A stretch of DNA of 64,000 nt, taken from assembly GCA_963770565.1 (NCBI GenBank), contig CAVYQE010000011.1, positions 768,001 to 832,000 on the forward strand. The letters are read 5' to 3'. The stretch is from an uncultured Actinomycetota bacterium. GTDB lineage: Bacteria > Actinomycetota > Actinomycetes > JAFAQI01. The first letter of the stretch is position 1. Each line of letters starts with the position of its first letter. Shown one piece after another: positions 11,247-20,415 of the stretch. Position numbers and translations under genes: made by a program. Under the pieces are notes generated by a model. That model was not told where the DNA came from. It worked only from the letters and a program-made list of their open reading frames with translations, and searched no databases.

Positions 11247-12503
11247 TCAGATCCTGCCGGTGGCGCTCGCTCGTCGACGGCTGATGGCGTCAACGCTCGC
11301 GGCAAAGAGCAACACGATGCCGGTGACGAGATAGACGACCCCCGAGGACTTGTTGAGCAGCAGCATCCCGTTGTCGATGACGGCGATCACCGTGCCGCCG
11401 ATGAGAGCATCCACGACGCGGCCCTTGCCTCCGAACAGGCTCGTGCCACCGATGACGGCGGCGCCCACCGCGTACAGAAGCGTCTGCGACCCACCCGTCG
11501 TGGGTGACACCGAATTGTCACGACTGGCGATGAGAATGCCCGCGATGGCCGCCACCGTGGACGAAACCATGAAGCAACTCAGTCTGACCCATTCCACGTT
11601 GATGCCGGCGCGACGCGCAGCCTCCGCGTTGCCGCCGACTGCATACACGTGACGGCCCCATGCCGTGCGGGTCAGCCCGAAGTTCAGCACCAGCATCAGA
11701 CCGATGATGATGACCATGACGACCGGTACGCCTTTGAGCGATTGCAGCTTCGGGTTGACACTGCGTTCACCCGACAGCCAGCCCACCACTCCCAGCGCGA
11801 TAACGGCAACCAACGTGGACTTGGTGGCCCATTTGATCAGTGGCTCGTAGGAGAGGCCGGACCGGCGACGCCGACGATTCGCGAGCAGTCCACCGCCCGC
11901 GTAAGCGGCCACGAACGTGATGGCGACCAGCCAACCGAGCCAGATTGGGACGTTGTCGTTGTTCAACGCGAGGATGAACTTGTTGGCGAACCCGATCGTG
12001 CCACCCTCGCCGATGATGATCAGCAGCACGCCCTGTAATCCCAGGAACGCAGCCAGTGTGACTACAAAGGATGGAATGCCGAGCCTGGCGACCAGCGTTC
12101 CGAGGAACCAGCCGATCGCCGCGCCGGTCGCAAGACAAGCGATCAGTGACGGCACCAGCGGCCATCCGTGGCGAGTGAGCACGACTCCCAGAACGGCAGC
12201 CGCGGTCCCACCCGTATATCCGGCTGAGAGGTCGATCTCACCCAACAGCAAGACGAAGACCAGGCCCATCGCCAGCACGGTGACGCCGGCTTCCTGGCTG
12301 ATCAGGTTGGCGAAGTTGAGCTCCGAGGTGAATGTCCCCGGGCGCAGCGCCGAGAACAACGCGACGAGGACGATCAGGCCCAGGATGGCCGGCAACGAGC
12401 CGACCTCGCCGCCGCGGATGCGGTGGACGTAGTCCTTGAGGAGGCTGCCGATGGTGGGTTGTTCGTCGCTGGCGTCGACCGTCTCGACGGTTTCGGTGCT
12501 CAT
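11247..12503 (-). CDS. xylH: Xylose-type ABC transporter permease
   Basis: GEIDLSAG, IPSFVVTLA, YAVGGNAEAARRAGINV, AVIGGTSLFGGKG. Confidence 0.88.
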   Translation of the reverse strand: MSTETVETVDASDEQPTIGSLLKDYVHRIRGGEVGSLPAILGLIVLVALFSALRPGTFTSELNFANLISQEAGVTVLAMGLVFVLLLGEIDLSAGYTGGTAAAVLGVVLTRHGWPLVPSLIACLATGAAIGWFLGTLVARLGIPSFVVTLAAFLGLQGVLLIIIGEGGTIGFANKFILALNNDNVPIWLGWLVAITFVAAYAGGGLLANRRRRRSGLSYEPLIKWATKSTLVAVIALGVVGWLSGERSVNPKLQSLKGVPVVMVIIIGLMLVLNFGLTRTAWGRHVYAVGGNAEAARRAGINVEWVRLSCFMVSSTVAAIAGILIASRDNSVSPTTGGSQTLLYAVGAAVIGGTSLFGGKGRVVDALIGGTVIAVIDNGMLLLNKSSGVVYLVTGIVLLFAASVDAISRRRASATGRI

Positions 12504-13294
12504 CGCTCGGCGCCCATGCGTCCGGTGGTAATCGCGGTGACGATGTGTTCGCGGTTGGAGTCCTTAGTCGTGACCTGACCGGCCATCTCACCGAGATACA
12601 GCACGGCGATGTCATCGGCGATCTCGAAGACCTCGTTGAGGTTGTGGCTGATCAGCACGACGCCGAGGCCTCGGTCAGCCAGGCGACGCACGAGCCTGAG
12701 AACCTGCTCGGTCTGCGCGACACCAAGCGCCGCTGTCGGCTCATCGAGGATGACGACCTTAGAGTTCCAAAGCACCGCGCGTGCGATCGCCACCGTCTGG
12801 CGCTGACCACCCGAGAGTGCCGCTACGTTGGTACGTACCGAGCTGAGCGTCCGTACAGACAAACTGTTCAGCGTCTCCCGGGCGCGGACTTCCATTGTGT
12901 CCTCGTCGATGAGGCCACGACTCTTGAGCTCCCGTCCGAGGAACATGTTGTGGACCACGTCGATGTTGTCGCAGAGTGCGAGGTCCTGGTAGACGATCTC
13001 GATCCCCAGGGCGTTGGCGTCTCGGGGGTTGTGCACTCGCACCGGCTGGCCTTCGAACAGGTATTCGCCGTCGTCGAAGGGGTAGATGCCTGCGATGCCC
13101 TTGATGAGAGTGCTCTTGCCCGCCCCATTGTCTCCGACCAGCGCGGTCACCACGCCGGGGTAGATGTTCAGGCTGACACCGCGGAGCACGTGCACCGCAC
13201 CGAAGCTCTTGTGCACGTCGCGCAACTCGAGAAGCGGCGCACTTGAGGCATCACGGCCTTCATGCTCACCCGCCGCAGCTGCCGTGACGGTCAC
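12500..13294 (-). CDS. Sugar ABC transporter ATP-binding protein (single domain)
   Basis: GDNGAGKST, LSGGQRQ, ILDEPT; GTG start at 13294 with GAAGGAGG RBS. Confidence 0.92.
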   Translation of the reverse strand: MTVTAAAAGEHEGRDASSAPLLELRDVHKSFGAVHVLRGVSLNIYPGVVTALVGDNGAGKSTLIKGIAGIYPFDDGEYLFEGQPVRVHNPRDANALGIEIVYQDLALCDNIDVVHNMFLGRELKSRGLIDEDTMEVRARETLNSLSVRTLSSVRTNVAALSGGQRQTVAIARAVLWNSKVVILDEPTAALGVAQTEQVLRLVRRLADRGLGVVLISHNLNEVFEIADDIAVLYLGEMAGQVTTKDSNREHIVTAITTGRMGAER

Positions 13295-13331
13295 AGAGCC
13301 TCCTTCGTGATTGATCGGTTTCGTGCCTGAA

Positions 13332-13360
13332 GCCGGGGCCCGCATGTTGCGGACCCCGGC
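13332..13360 (-). terminator. Intergenic stem-loop after the solute-binding-protein gene
   Basis: GCCGGGGCCCGCA-TGT-TGCGGACCCCGGC inverted repeat. Such hairpins commonly stabilise or attenuate transcripts in ABC operons. Confidence 0.55.
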
Positions 13361-13418
13361 CGACCAGGCAGCGTCGGCTCCGGTAAAGACCCTAAGGCCT
13401 GGGGCCGACCGGCACGAC

Positions 13419-14588
13419 TCAGGACGTCGGCACGCCGTACTTCCTGCACAGCTTGGCGAACGAACCGGCGCAGACCTGCGAGGCCTGCTCCTGGCCATCC
13501 TGGATAACCTTCTTGACTTGACTGCGGGTGACCCAGACCGGCGTCTCGAGCACTGAAGGAACCGAACGGTTCAGCGTGGTGTCCTCAGTGTGGCCGTTGA
13601 CCAGGCTGTCCGCTGCGGCCTTGTCGCCCTTGATCAGGTCGATCGCGAGCTTCGAAGCGGCGTTGGCCTCAAAGCTCGTGTTCTTGTAGACGGTCCCGCA
13701 CTGGTAGCCGGCAAGAATGTTGTCCAGACCCTCGACGCCAGCGTCCTGGCCAGTGATCGGGATCTTCCCGGCCACACCCTCGGCCTTCATACGGGCGATG
13801 ATGCCGCCGGCCATGGTGTCGTTGGCAGAAAGAACGCCATCGATCTTGCCCTTGGCCTGGGTGTACATCTGCTCGTAGACCGTGCCCGCCGTGGTGGCGT
13901 CCCAGTTGCCGGATTGCTCGCCGACCTTGTGGTAGGCGCCGGAACTGAACTTCGGGTCGAGGACGGACAGGTACCCCTGCTTGAACAGCGCTGCGTTGTT
14001 GTCGGTGGCCGCGCCGTCGACGATGGCGATGTTGGCCTTCGACTTGCCCTCGGCAGTGAGGCAGCTGACGAGGCCCTGACCTTGCAGCTTCCCGACCTCG
14101 ACGTTGTTGAAGGACACGTAGTAGTTGGCGTTCCCGCCCAGGGTGAGGCGGTCGTAGTCAATCGTCTGGATCCCGGCTGCCTCTGCCTTCTTCTCGCATG
14201 CGGAGCCAGAGTTCGAGTCGAGGTTCACGATCATGAGTACTTTGACGCCCTCGTTGATCATGCTGTCGCAGATATTGCCGAACTTGCTCTTGTCGCCCCC
14301 GGCATTCTCGATGTCAGACTTGAGGCCCGCTGCCTGGAACGCCTTCACCAGGTTGGGGCGGTCCTGACCCTCCCACCGAGGCGAGCTCGTTGTGTCGGGC
14401 AGGATCATTCCGACGTCAGCCTTGCTGGAGGTCGGGGCGCTGCTCGCAGGGCTGCCGCTGCTCGCGGGGCTGCCGCTGCTCGCAGGGCCGCTGCCGCTAC
14501 TACTGCTGCCGCAGCCGGCCAGCATGCTGATCGCAAGCGCCCCTGCAGCAACGAGGACGCCAGTGCGCCCGCTTCCGCTCATTTTCAT
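13419..14588 (-). CDS. xylF: Xylose-type ABC substrate-binding lipoprotein
   Basis: Lipobox LAGC, SSPRW..DRP, IDYDRL, YVSFNN, SANDTMA, ITGQDA. An 18-bp x3 tandem repeat (14439-14492) encodes the SGSPAS linker. Confidence 0.88.
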   Translation of the reverse strand: MKMSGSGRTGVLVAAGALAISMLAGCGSSSSGSGPASSGSPASSGSPASSAPTSSKADVGMILPDTTSSPRWEGQDRPNLVKAFQAAGLKSDIENAGGDKSKFGNICDSMINEGVKVLMIVNLDSNSGSACEKKAEAAGIQTIDYDRLTLGGNANYYVSFNNVEVGKLQGQGLVSCLTAEGKSKANIAIVDGAATDNNAALFKQGYLSVLDPKFSSGAYHKVGEQSGNWDATTAGTVYEQMYTQAKGKIDGVLSANDTMAGGIIARMKAEGVAGKIPITGQDAGVEGLDNILAGYQCGTVYKNTSFEANAASKLAIDLIKGDKAAADSLVNGHTEDTTLNRSVPSVLETPVWVTRSQVKKVIQDGQEQASQVCAGSFAKLCRKYGVPTS

Positions 14589-14640
14589 TCCGTTGGCCTC
14601 CGTTGCTCCAGCACCATCGCGTGACGGGTGTCACCGTGAT

Positions 14641-14657
14641 TGTTTCGAGCGCTAACA
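14641..14657. promoter_or_regulatory. LacI-family operator-like site
   Basis: TGTTTCGAGCGCTAACA has the central AGCGCT and TAACA half-site of LacI-type palindromes; upstream of xylF and of the LacI remnant. Confidence 0.5.
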
Positions 14658-14826
14658 TAGGGCAGTCGTTCGTACGGCACAAGACCCTGGCCGCACAAAC
14701 TCAGCTCGCTGTCAACTCCATGTCTCGCCGTACCGGGCCGTTGCGGGCCCGCCACATTGTCAGCCTGCCAAGGAGCTGACAGGTAGGGCCGAAGGTCACA
14801 ACCCTGTGCCGGGCATCGGTGAAGTG

Positions 14827-15352
14827 CAGGTTCGATACGACACGCTGGGCGGGAGCAGTCATCTGCTTGACCAAGGCCACATGGTGGTGCAGCATGTGCG
14901 CGGACCACAAGGCTGGATTGAGGCCGACGCGAGAAGCGGCTTGGCGGGTCGAGTTGCGTCGCAGGCGCATCTAGGCGCCACGGCGATCTGTCGGCGACTG
15001 GACGGCGCGGTCCGTCTAGGAGATCGGGCGCCTATTGGCCGGGGAATTGGACGTCGACGCGGTCTGTGTCGCGAACCATCAGATGGCGATCGGCGTCCTC
15101 CGCGCGCTCGCCGAAGCCGGCCGGATGGTGGCGGACGATGTGAGTGTCGTCGGCTTCGACGACGGCGCCGAGGCAGAGTGTCTCGTCCCGCCGCTGTCGA
15201 TGGTGCGACTCGACTTCTGCGCTGTCGGCCGCGCCGCGGTCGGTCTCTTGCTCTGCCTGGTCAACAGCGATGAGCGTGACGGGCATGTCGTCGCGCCGAC
15301 TGAGCTCGTCGTCCGGACAAGCAGCATTCGTGACCACGATGCGCGCGACTGA
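14827..15352 (+). pseudogene. LacI-family regulator remnant (no HTH, frameshifted)
   Basis: HLLDQGHMVVQHVRGPQGWIEADAR in one frame; AVCVANHQMAIGVLRALAEAG..DDVSVVGFDD..PTELVVRTSS in another. Confidence 0.8.
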
Positions 15353-16607
15353 GCCGATGCACAACTGGGCGGGAAATGTCCGGTACTCCGCGGCCGAACT
15401 GGTCACGCCGCGATCATTGGGTGACCTTCAGGACATCGTGGCGAAGGCGAGCCGCGTGCACGCAGTGGGCTCCCGACACTCCTTCTCTCGAGTCGCGGAC
15501 ACGGAGGGCGAGCTGGTCGACCTCAGCGAGCTTCCGCAGTCTGTAGAAGTCGACGCCGCTCGCGGCACCGCGTCGGTCGCAGCTGGGATGAGCTACGGCG
15601 ATGTAGCGCTCGCGTTGCACGACCAAGGCTGGGCGCTCTCCAATCTGGCGTCGCTGCCTCACATCACCGTTGCTGGCGGGTGTGCGACGGGGACTCATGG
15701 CTCGGGGGATGGGAACCAGGGCCTGGCTGCTGCAGTGCATTCGATGACGGTTGTCGGGCCGGACGGCGAGCTCCACGAGATGGTGGGGGAGCGCGATCAA
15801 CCGAGGTTCGCCGCGGCCCGCGTTGGTCTTGGCGGCATGGGGATCGTCGCGGAACTGGTCCTGTCCATCGAGCCGACGTACGACGTCGAACAACGGGTCT
15901 ACGAGGATCTGCGGTTCGATGTCGCGATCACGAATCTCGACGAGGTGATGGCAAGCGCGTACAGCGTCAGCCTCTTCACGGACTTCTCGGCACCACGTTT
16001 CACCCAGGTCTGGCGTAAGCGACGGATCGAGCCGGGGGAACGTCACGATTGGCCGACGCGATGGTTCGGCGCGACCGCTGCCAGCGCGCCGCGCCACCCG
16101 GTACCTGGCGCCAACCCCGAGCACTGCACGGTGCAAGGCGGCGAGCCCGGCCCGTGGTTTGCGCGGCTCCCACACTTTCGCTGGGACTCTCCGCCGAGCG
16201 CGGGAGCTGAGCTACAGACCGAGTACCTCGTCGACCGGACGCATGCACCAGCGGTGTTCACTGAGCTCCGGGCGCTCGCACCCGAGATCTCCGCAGTCTT
16301 GCGAGTTTGTGAGTGTCGGAGTATCGCCGCCGACGATTGCTGGCTCAGCCCGGCATATGGTCGTTCGACGATCGGCTTCCACTTCACCTGGCAGCCGGAG
16401 CTGTCAGCGGTGTGGCCAGTCCTCGCGGCGATCGAGCGCCGGCTCGAGCCTTTCGGCCCGCGACCACACTGGGGCAAGCTCCATCGATTTCCTCGGGAAC
16501 GACTCGTCGCGGTCTATCCGCGGCTTAACGACTACAACGCCGAGCGTGTTCGCTTCGACCCTGATGGTGTGTTCTCCAACGCCTCCCTCGAGCGTCTGTC
16601 GGCATGA
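15339..16607 (+). CDS. FAD-linked alditol/xylitol oxidase (AldO-like, VAO family)
   Basis: NWAGN, GSRHSF (covalent FAD His), NLASLPHI, TGTHGSG, YSVSLFT, RLPHFR, ELQTEY, RPHWGK. Confidence 0.88.
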   Translation: MRATEPMHNWAGNVRYSAAELVTPRSLGDLQDIVAKASRVHAVGSRHSFSRVADTEGELVDLSELPQSVEVDAARGTASVAAGMSYGDVALALHDQGWALSNLASLPHITVAGGCATGTHGSGDGNQGLAAAVHSMTVVGPDGELHEMVGERDQPRFAAARVGLGGMGIVAELVLSIEPTYDVEQRVYEDLRFDVAITNLDEVMASAYSVSLFTDFSAPRFTQVWRKRRIEPGERHDWPTRWFGATAASAPRHPVPGANPEHCTVQGGEPGPWFARLPHFRWDSPPSAGAELQTEYLVDRTHAPAVFTELRALAPEISAVLRVCECRSIAADDCWLSPAYGRSTIGFHFTWQPELSAVWPVLAAIERRLEPFGPRPHWGKLHRFPRERLVAVYPRLNDYNAERVRFDPDGVFSNASLERLSA

Positions 16608-17521
16608 CGAGCCTTCCCAGCGGGCAGCAGTTCGAGCTCCGGTACCAGGACCAAGCCGCGGTCGTGGTGGAGGTCGGTGGCGGAGTCCGTCGATATTCGG
16701 CTGGCGAGCGTGAGGTCATCGATGGGTACGACGCAGGTCAGGCGTGCGATGGGTTTAGAGGCCAAACACTCGTCCCTTGGCCAAATCGGGTACGCGATGG
16801 GAGGTGGCGTTACAACCGTGTCGCACTGCAACTGGCAATCACCGAGCCCGCGCGCCACAACGCAGTCCATGGCCTAGTCCACGACGTGCCGTGGGCCGTG
16901 ACCGACCGAAGCGACGCCTCAGTAACCCTGAGCGTGACCCTGGTGCCGCAACCTGGATATCCATGGAGGCTCCAAGTGAGCAACGCTTGGAGGATTGCCG
17001 AGAACGGGCTGTCCGTCTCCACGATCATTACCAATCGCAGTGACACCGCTGCGCCGGTCGCCGCCGGCTTCCACCCATACGTGCAGGTCGGGACAACCTC
17101 CATCGATGACGCAATGCTCACCGTCCCGGCACAGACCCGGATGCTTGTCGACCAGCAGCAGATACCAATCGGTACCGAACCAGTCGCAGGCTCAGCGTTC
17201 GACTTCCGGGAGCCCCGCCAGATCGGCAATCTCCACATCGACCACGCCTTCACCGACCTGCGGCGTGATTCCGACGGGCGCTGCCGACTTCGCCTGACTG
17301 ACGCCCGAGGCGGATCTGGGATGACGCTGTGGGCCGATGAGGCCTACCCATATTTTGAGATCTTCACCGGTGACACATTGCTGGATGCCTCCCGGCGGCG
17401 CCGCGGGCTTGCCCTCGAACCGATGTCGGCGCCACCCAATGCCTTGGTCACTGGCGAATCACTCGTGGTACTCGAGCCGGCGGAGCGATGGATCGGGACC
17501 TGGGGAATCGACCCCGACTGA
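16604..17521 (+). CDS. Aldose 1-epimerase family protein
   Basis: LVPWPNRVRDG, HG, GYPW, GFHPY, ALEPM; ATGA overlap with the oxidase gene. Confidence 0.88.
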   Translation: MTSLPSGQQFELRYQDQAAVVVEVGGGVRRYSAGEREVIDGYDAGQACDGFRGQTLVPWPNRVRDGRWRYNRVALQLAITEPARHNAVHGLVHDVPWAVTDRSDASVTLSVTLVPQPGYPWRLQVSNAWRIAENGLSVSTIITNRSDTAAPVAAGFHPYVQVGTTSIDDAMLTVPAQTRMLVDQQQIPIGTEPVAGSAFDFREPRQIGNLHIDHAFTDLRRDSDGRCRLRLTDARGGSGMTLWADEAYPYFEIFTGDTLLDASRRRRGLALEPMSAPPNALVTGESLVVLEPAERWIGTWGIDPD

Positions 17522-17676
17522 TCCAGCGATCTGCCTGGCCGCGCAGGGCCGCGGGCGGCATCAAGTCTTGCCCGGTGGGCCGCTCCTGCTTTGCTGCTCC
17601 GTGGCCGTCCGGGATGAAGCGGACCGCCCATGGGTTGTTGCGGAACCGGTTCCGGGAGCTAAGCACGCGTTAGTGG

Positions 17677-18336
17677 ATGGCTGGCACGATGTTTCGACCG
17701 CGGGCGCTGCGAACCATCGCCGCGAGCCGCGGCGACCTACTGCCAGGCGTCCACGGTGATGTGTACGACACGGCGGCGCTGACCGAAGACAATGAGCTGA
17801 CCCTCGCCATCAAGTCCCTTGGAGGACTCATGGTGTCCCCCGACGGCTGCCGGGTGGTCACCGAACTCATGCCCACCTGGCGCAACCTGTGGACCCAGCG
17901 CCTCCGCTGGCAGCGCGGCGCCCTGGAGAATCTTGGCGCCTACGGACCGTCCCCGACCATGCTCCGTTACTGGGCCCAGCAGCTCGGCATCGGCTACTCG
18001 GTCATTGCACTCAGTACATTCTGGTTGTTCATCCTCGTCACCGCGCTCGTCACGGACCAGTGGGTTTGGTACCCGTTCTGGATCTGTGTGGGAAGCCTGT
18101 TCGTCGCCGATCGGGTCGTCAGCGCCTGGCGCGGCGGATGGAAGGCACGTCTGCTCGCGGGGCTGCTGATCCCCGAGCTTCTGTACGACGTCTACCTCGA
18201 CGTCGTCTACGTCAAGGGCATCTTCGACATCACCTTCGCTCGCGACACCAAGTGGGGTCATGTTGCCCACGCCTCGCAAACCACCCATGAGACCAACGCG
18301 ACCCAGCAGCGCGAAACCGTCAGGGGCACCTGGTGA
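17677..18336 (+). pseudogene. Processive GT2 glycosyltransferase, C-terminal fragment
   Basis: LTED and QRLRW motifs plus TM helices; the N-terminal DxD nucleotide-binding half is absent. Confidence 0.7.
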
Positions 18337-18557
18337 CCGCCACCCTGCTCACCGCCGGGCTCTCCGAGAACACCATGCACACCCCGTGGTTCGCCGCGCT
18401 CAGCATCTTCGTGGCCATCAACACCGTCCTGTACCTGACCCTGGCGATCATCAAACTGCTCCCGAAGGCCTACCTGAGCGACTGGATAAATCAACACAAC
18501 CGGCGCTCCGAGACTCGCAGCATCTACCCCGAGGACGCGACCGATACCCCGCAGTAA
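18333..18557 (+). CDS. Small membrane protein coupled to the GT2 gene
   Basis: GTGA overlap, one long hydrophobic segment, GC3-rich codons. Confidence 0.6.
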   Translation: MTATLLTAGLSENTMHTPWFAALSIFVAINTVLYLTLAIIKLLPKAYLSDWINQHNRRSETRSIYPEDATDTPQ

Positions 18558-18705
18558 CGGGCTTTGTATGCGGCACACGACCTACACCGAGCCGAGCGGC
18601 TTCGACCCGTCCACGGTGTCGACGGCGGCCGACCAGCTACGGCTGCCCCGGGCGCCCGCACTCAGGTTGACGGTCCTCGGGTGGGGGACAAGCGCTAGCG
18701 CGGGG

Positions 18706-19380
18706 TCAAGTTCGCGGGACCGGAAGATCGCCGACCACTGTGGCTGCAAAGCGCAGCCGGTCGTCGATCAATGCGACGTCGTGCTTGTGGCGGCTCTGCC
18801 AGAGGAACAGCCGGCCGTCGACGATGTGCATTCCGGTCAATGACTGGGCCGGCAGTCCGGATCTGACCGGTGCTGAGATCGCGAACCTCGCGTACTCCTG
18901 ATCCTTGGCGAACAGCACGTAGGTGGCGTCGAAGGCCTCGTCGCCCGTGCTGATCGCGTCCCCGTCCGCATGTCGGCGGAGGTTCTTCCGTTCGGTCACG
19001 TGGAGCCAGGGCACGGTGGCGGGCAGCTGCATGACCAGCATCGCGAAGTAGACGTCCGAGGGGCCAGAGCCGGCTGGGCCGATCGCGCTGCCCGCGGTCG
19101 CGTAGTAGAAGTCATAGACCGCGATTGCGTGCTCGGCGTACGTGCCGGTGATGACTCGGTGCGCGTACTGCCGATCGGACTGCCCGAACGGGTAGAACGT
19201 GTAGCCGTCGTACTGGCTGTTGTCCTCGAAGACATAGCTGTAACCGTGCGAGGCGGCCCAGGATTTCATCTCGTCGTTGTGAGCGCTGAACACCCGCTTG
19301 TTGCGCCGCGCCAACGGGATCGCAGCAGCCACCAGCACAAGCAAAACGATGATCGCGACCACTCGACCCAACGAACCCAC
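18706..19380 (-). CDS. Membrane-anchored hypothetical protein
   Basis: N-terminal TM helix then WAASHGYSY..PFG..TGDEAFDATY. Start placed at GTG 19380. Confidence 0.65.
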   Translation of the reverse strand: MGSLGRVVAIIVLLVLVAAAIPLARRNKRVFSAHNDEMKSWAASHGYSYVFEDNSQYDGYTFYPFGQSDRQYAHRVITGTYAEHAIAVYDFYYATAGSAIGPAGSGPSDVYFAMLVMQLPATVPWLHVTERKNLRRHADGDAISTGDEAFDATYVLFAKDQEYARFAISAPVRSGLPAQSLTGMHIVDGRLFLWQSRHKHDVALIDDRLRFAATVVGDLPVPRT

Positions 19381-19812
19381 CCCCGCGATGCACGAACCGT
19401 CGCCGCACCATATCGATCTCGCCTTAGACCGTGTGGGCCACCGTGCCGGACGGGCCGCTCGGCGGTCGGGACAGACGGCGCCGCAGCTCGGCTCGATCGA
19501 TCCACGGAGTGCACCGTGAACATGTCGGCATCGACGGTCCCCGTTCGTTCGGTACTCATGGCGCGCGACTGCTCCTCGGAACAAGTAGTCGGGTTCGCAA
19601 GTCGCCCACTTGAGGACATTGCGCCATGCCCGTCGCCTTGCGGCCGAATCGTCAGCAAGGCCGCGAACTGGCCTCGCCGGCGTTGCGATCGCGGGGGATT
19701 CACCCGAACGCACCACGCTGCCTTAGCCCGGCCGGCGGTACCGTCGGTTAGCCCACATGCAGCAGTGACATCCATTCGCCACCGAGTTGGGTGGCCGCTT
19801 CGGTGAGGTGGC

Positions 19813-20172
19813 ATGAGCGCCGAACAGCCGTTGGCCACGCGCTCCGAGTTGCTTGCCCTCGTTGTAAGGGGGCTCCATGCGGAGTTCCCTACCGTGGCTG
19901 CTGATCAGGTGGTCCGATGCGTGCAGATTGCCCGGGATGAGGTGAAGTCTGCCTATCCCACCGAAGCGGCTGCGGTCGATGCCACCAAGTTTGTCAGCAT
20001 TGTCGAAACCCAGGCCCGTCTCTACCTCGCGAAGTTCCAAGCGGTCCGCGCGGGGGCCCAGGTGTCTCCGCCGCCGCCTACCGTGCCCGCGGTCATCGAG
20101 CTTGGGGCCGCCGAGCGCCGACGCTTCGGCCGCCATCGTCGCGAGACCGGCGCGTCCAAGGCATTCACGTAG
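19813..20172 (+). CDS. Small hypothetical helical protein
   Basis: GAGGTGG RBS before ATG; LHAEFPTV..VVRCV..FVSIVETQAR amphipathic pattern. Confidence 0.5.
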   Translation: MSAEQPLATRSELLALVVRGLHAEFPTVAADQVVRCVQIARDEVKSAYPTEAAAVDATKFVSIVETQARLYLAKFQAVRAGAQVSPPPPTVPAVIELGAAERRRFGRHRRETGASKAFT

Positions 20173-20211
20173 CAGCGCGCGGGCCGGAATACGGGAGTCG
20201 CCGGAGAGCAC

Positions 20212-20395
20212 GTTCCCAGGTCAGCAGCTGAACCAACAAGCAGCGACAGCCGCTCAGCAGATGTCGTAATTGAGGCTGGATCAACGAGTCATAGCGGCCT
20301 GACCTGCGGGTTTGCTCAGCAAATGATCTTGGGTTGCTCGTCGGTTGCTCTAGGAAAACAGAGTGACCGGTATCGACCCGCAAGAACCAGCGGGA
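20212..20395 (+). repeat. att-like junction B
   Basis: CCAGGTCAG; core AGATGTCGTAAT (20259-20270); CTGACCTGCGG; AAATGATCTT; GGTTGCTC at 20332 and 20343. Confidence 0.8.
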
Positions 20396-20415
20396 CTGTG
20401 GGCCCGAGTGCGTTT

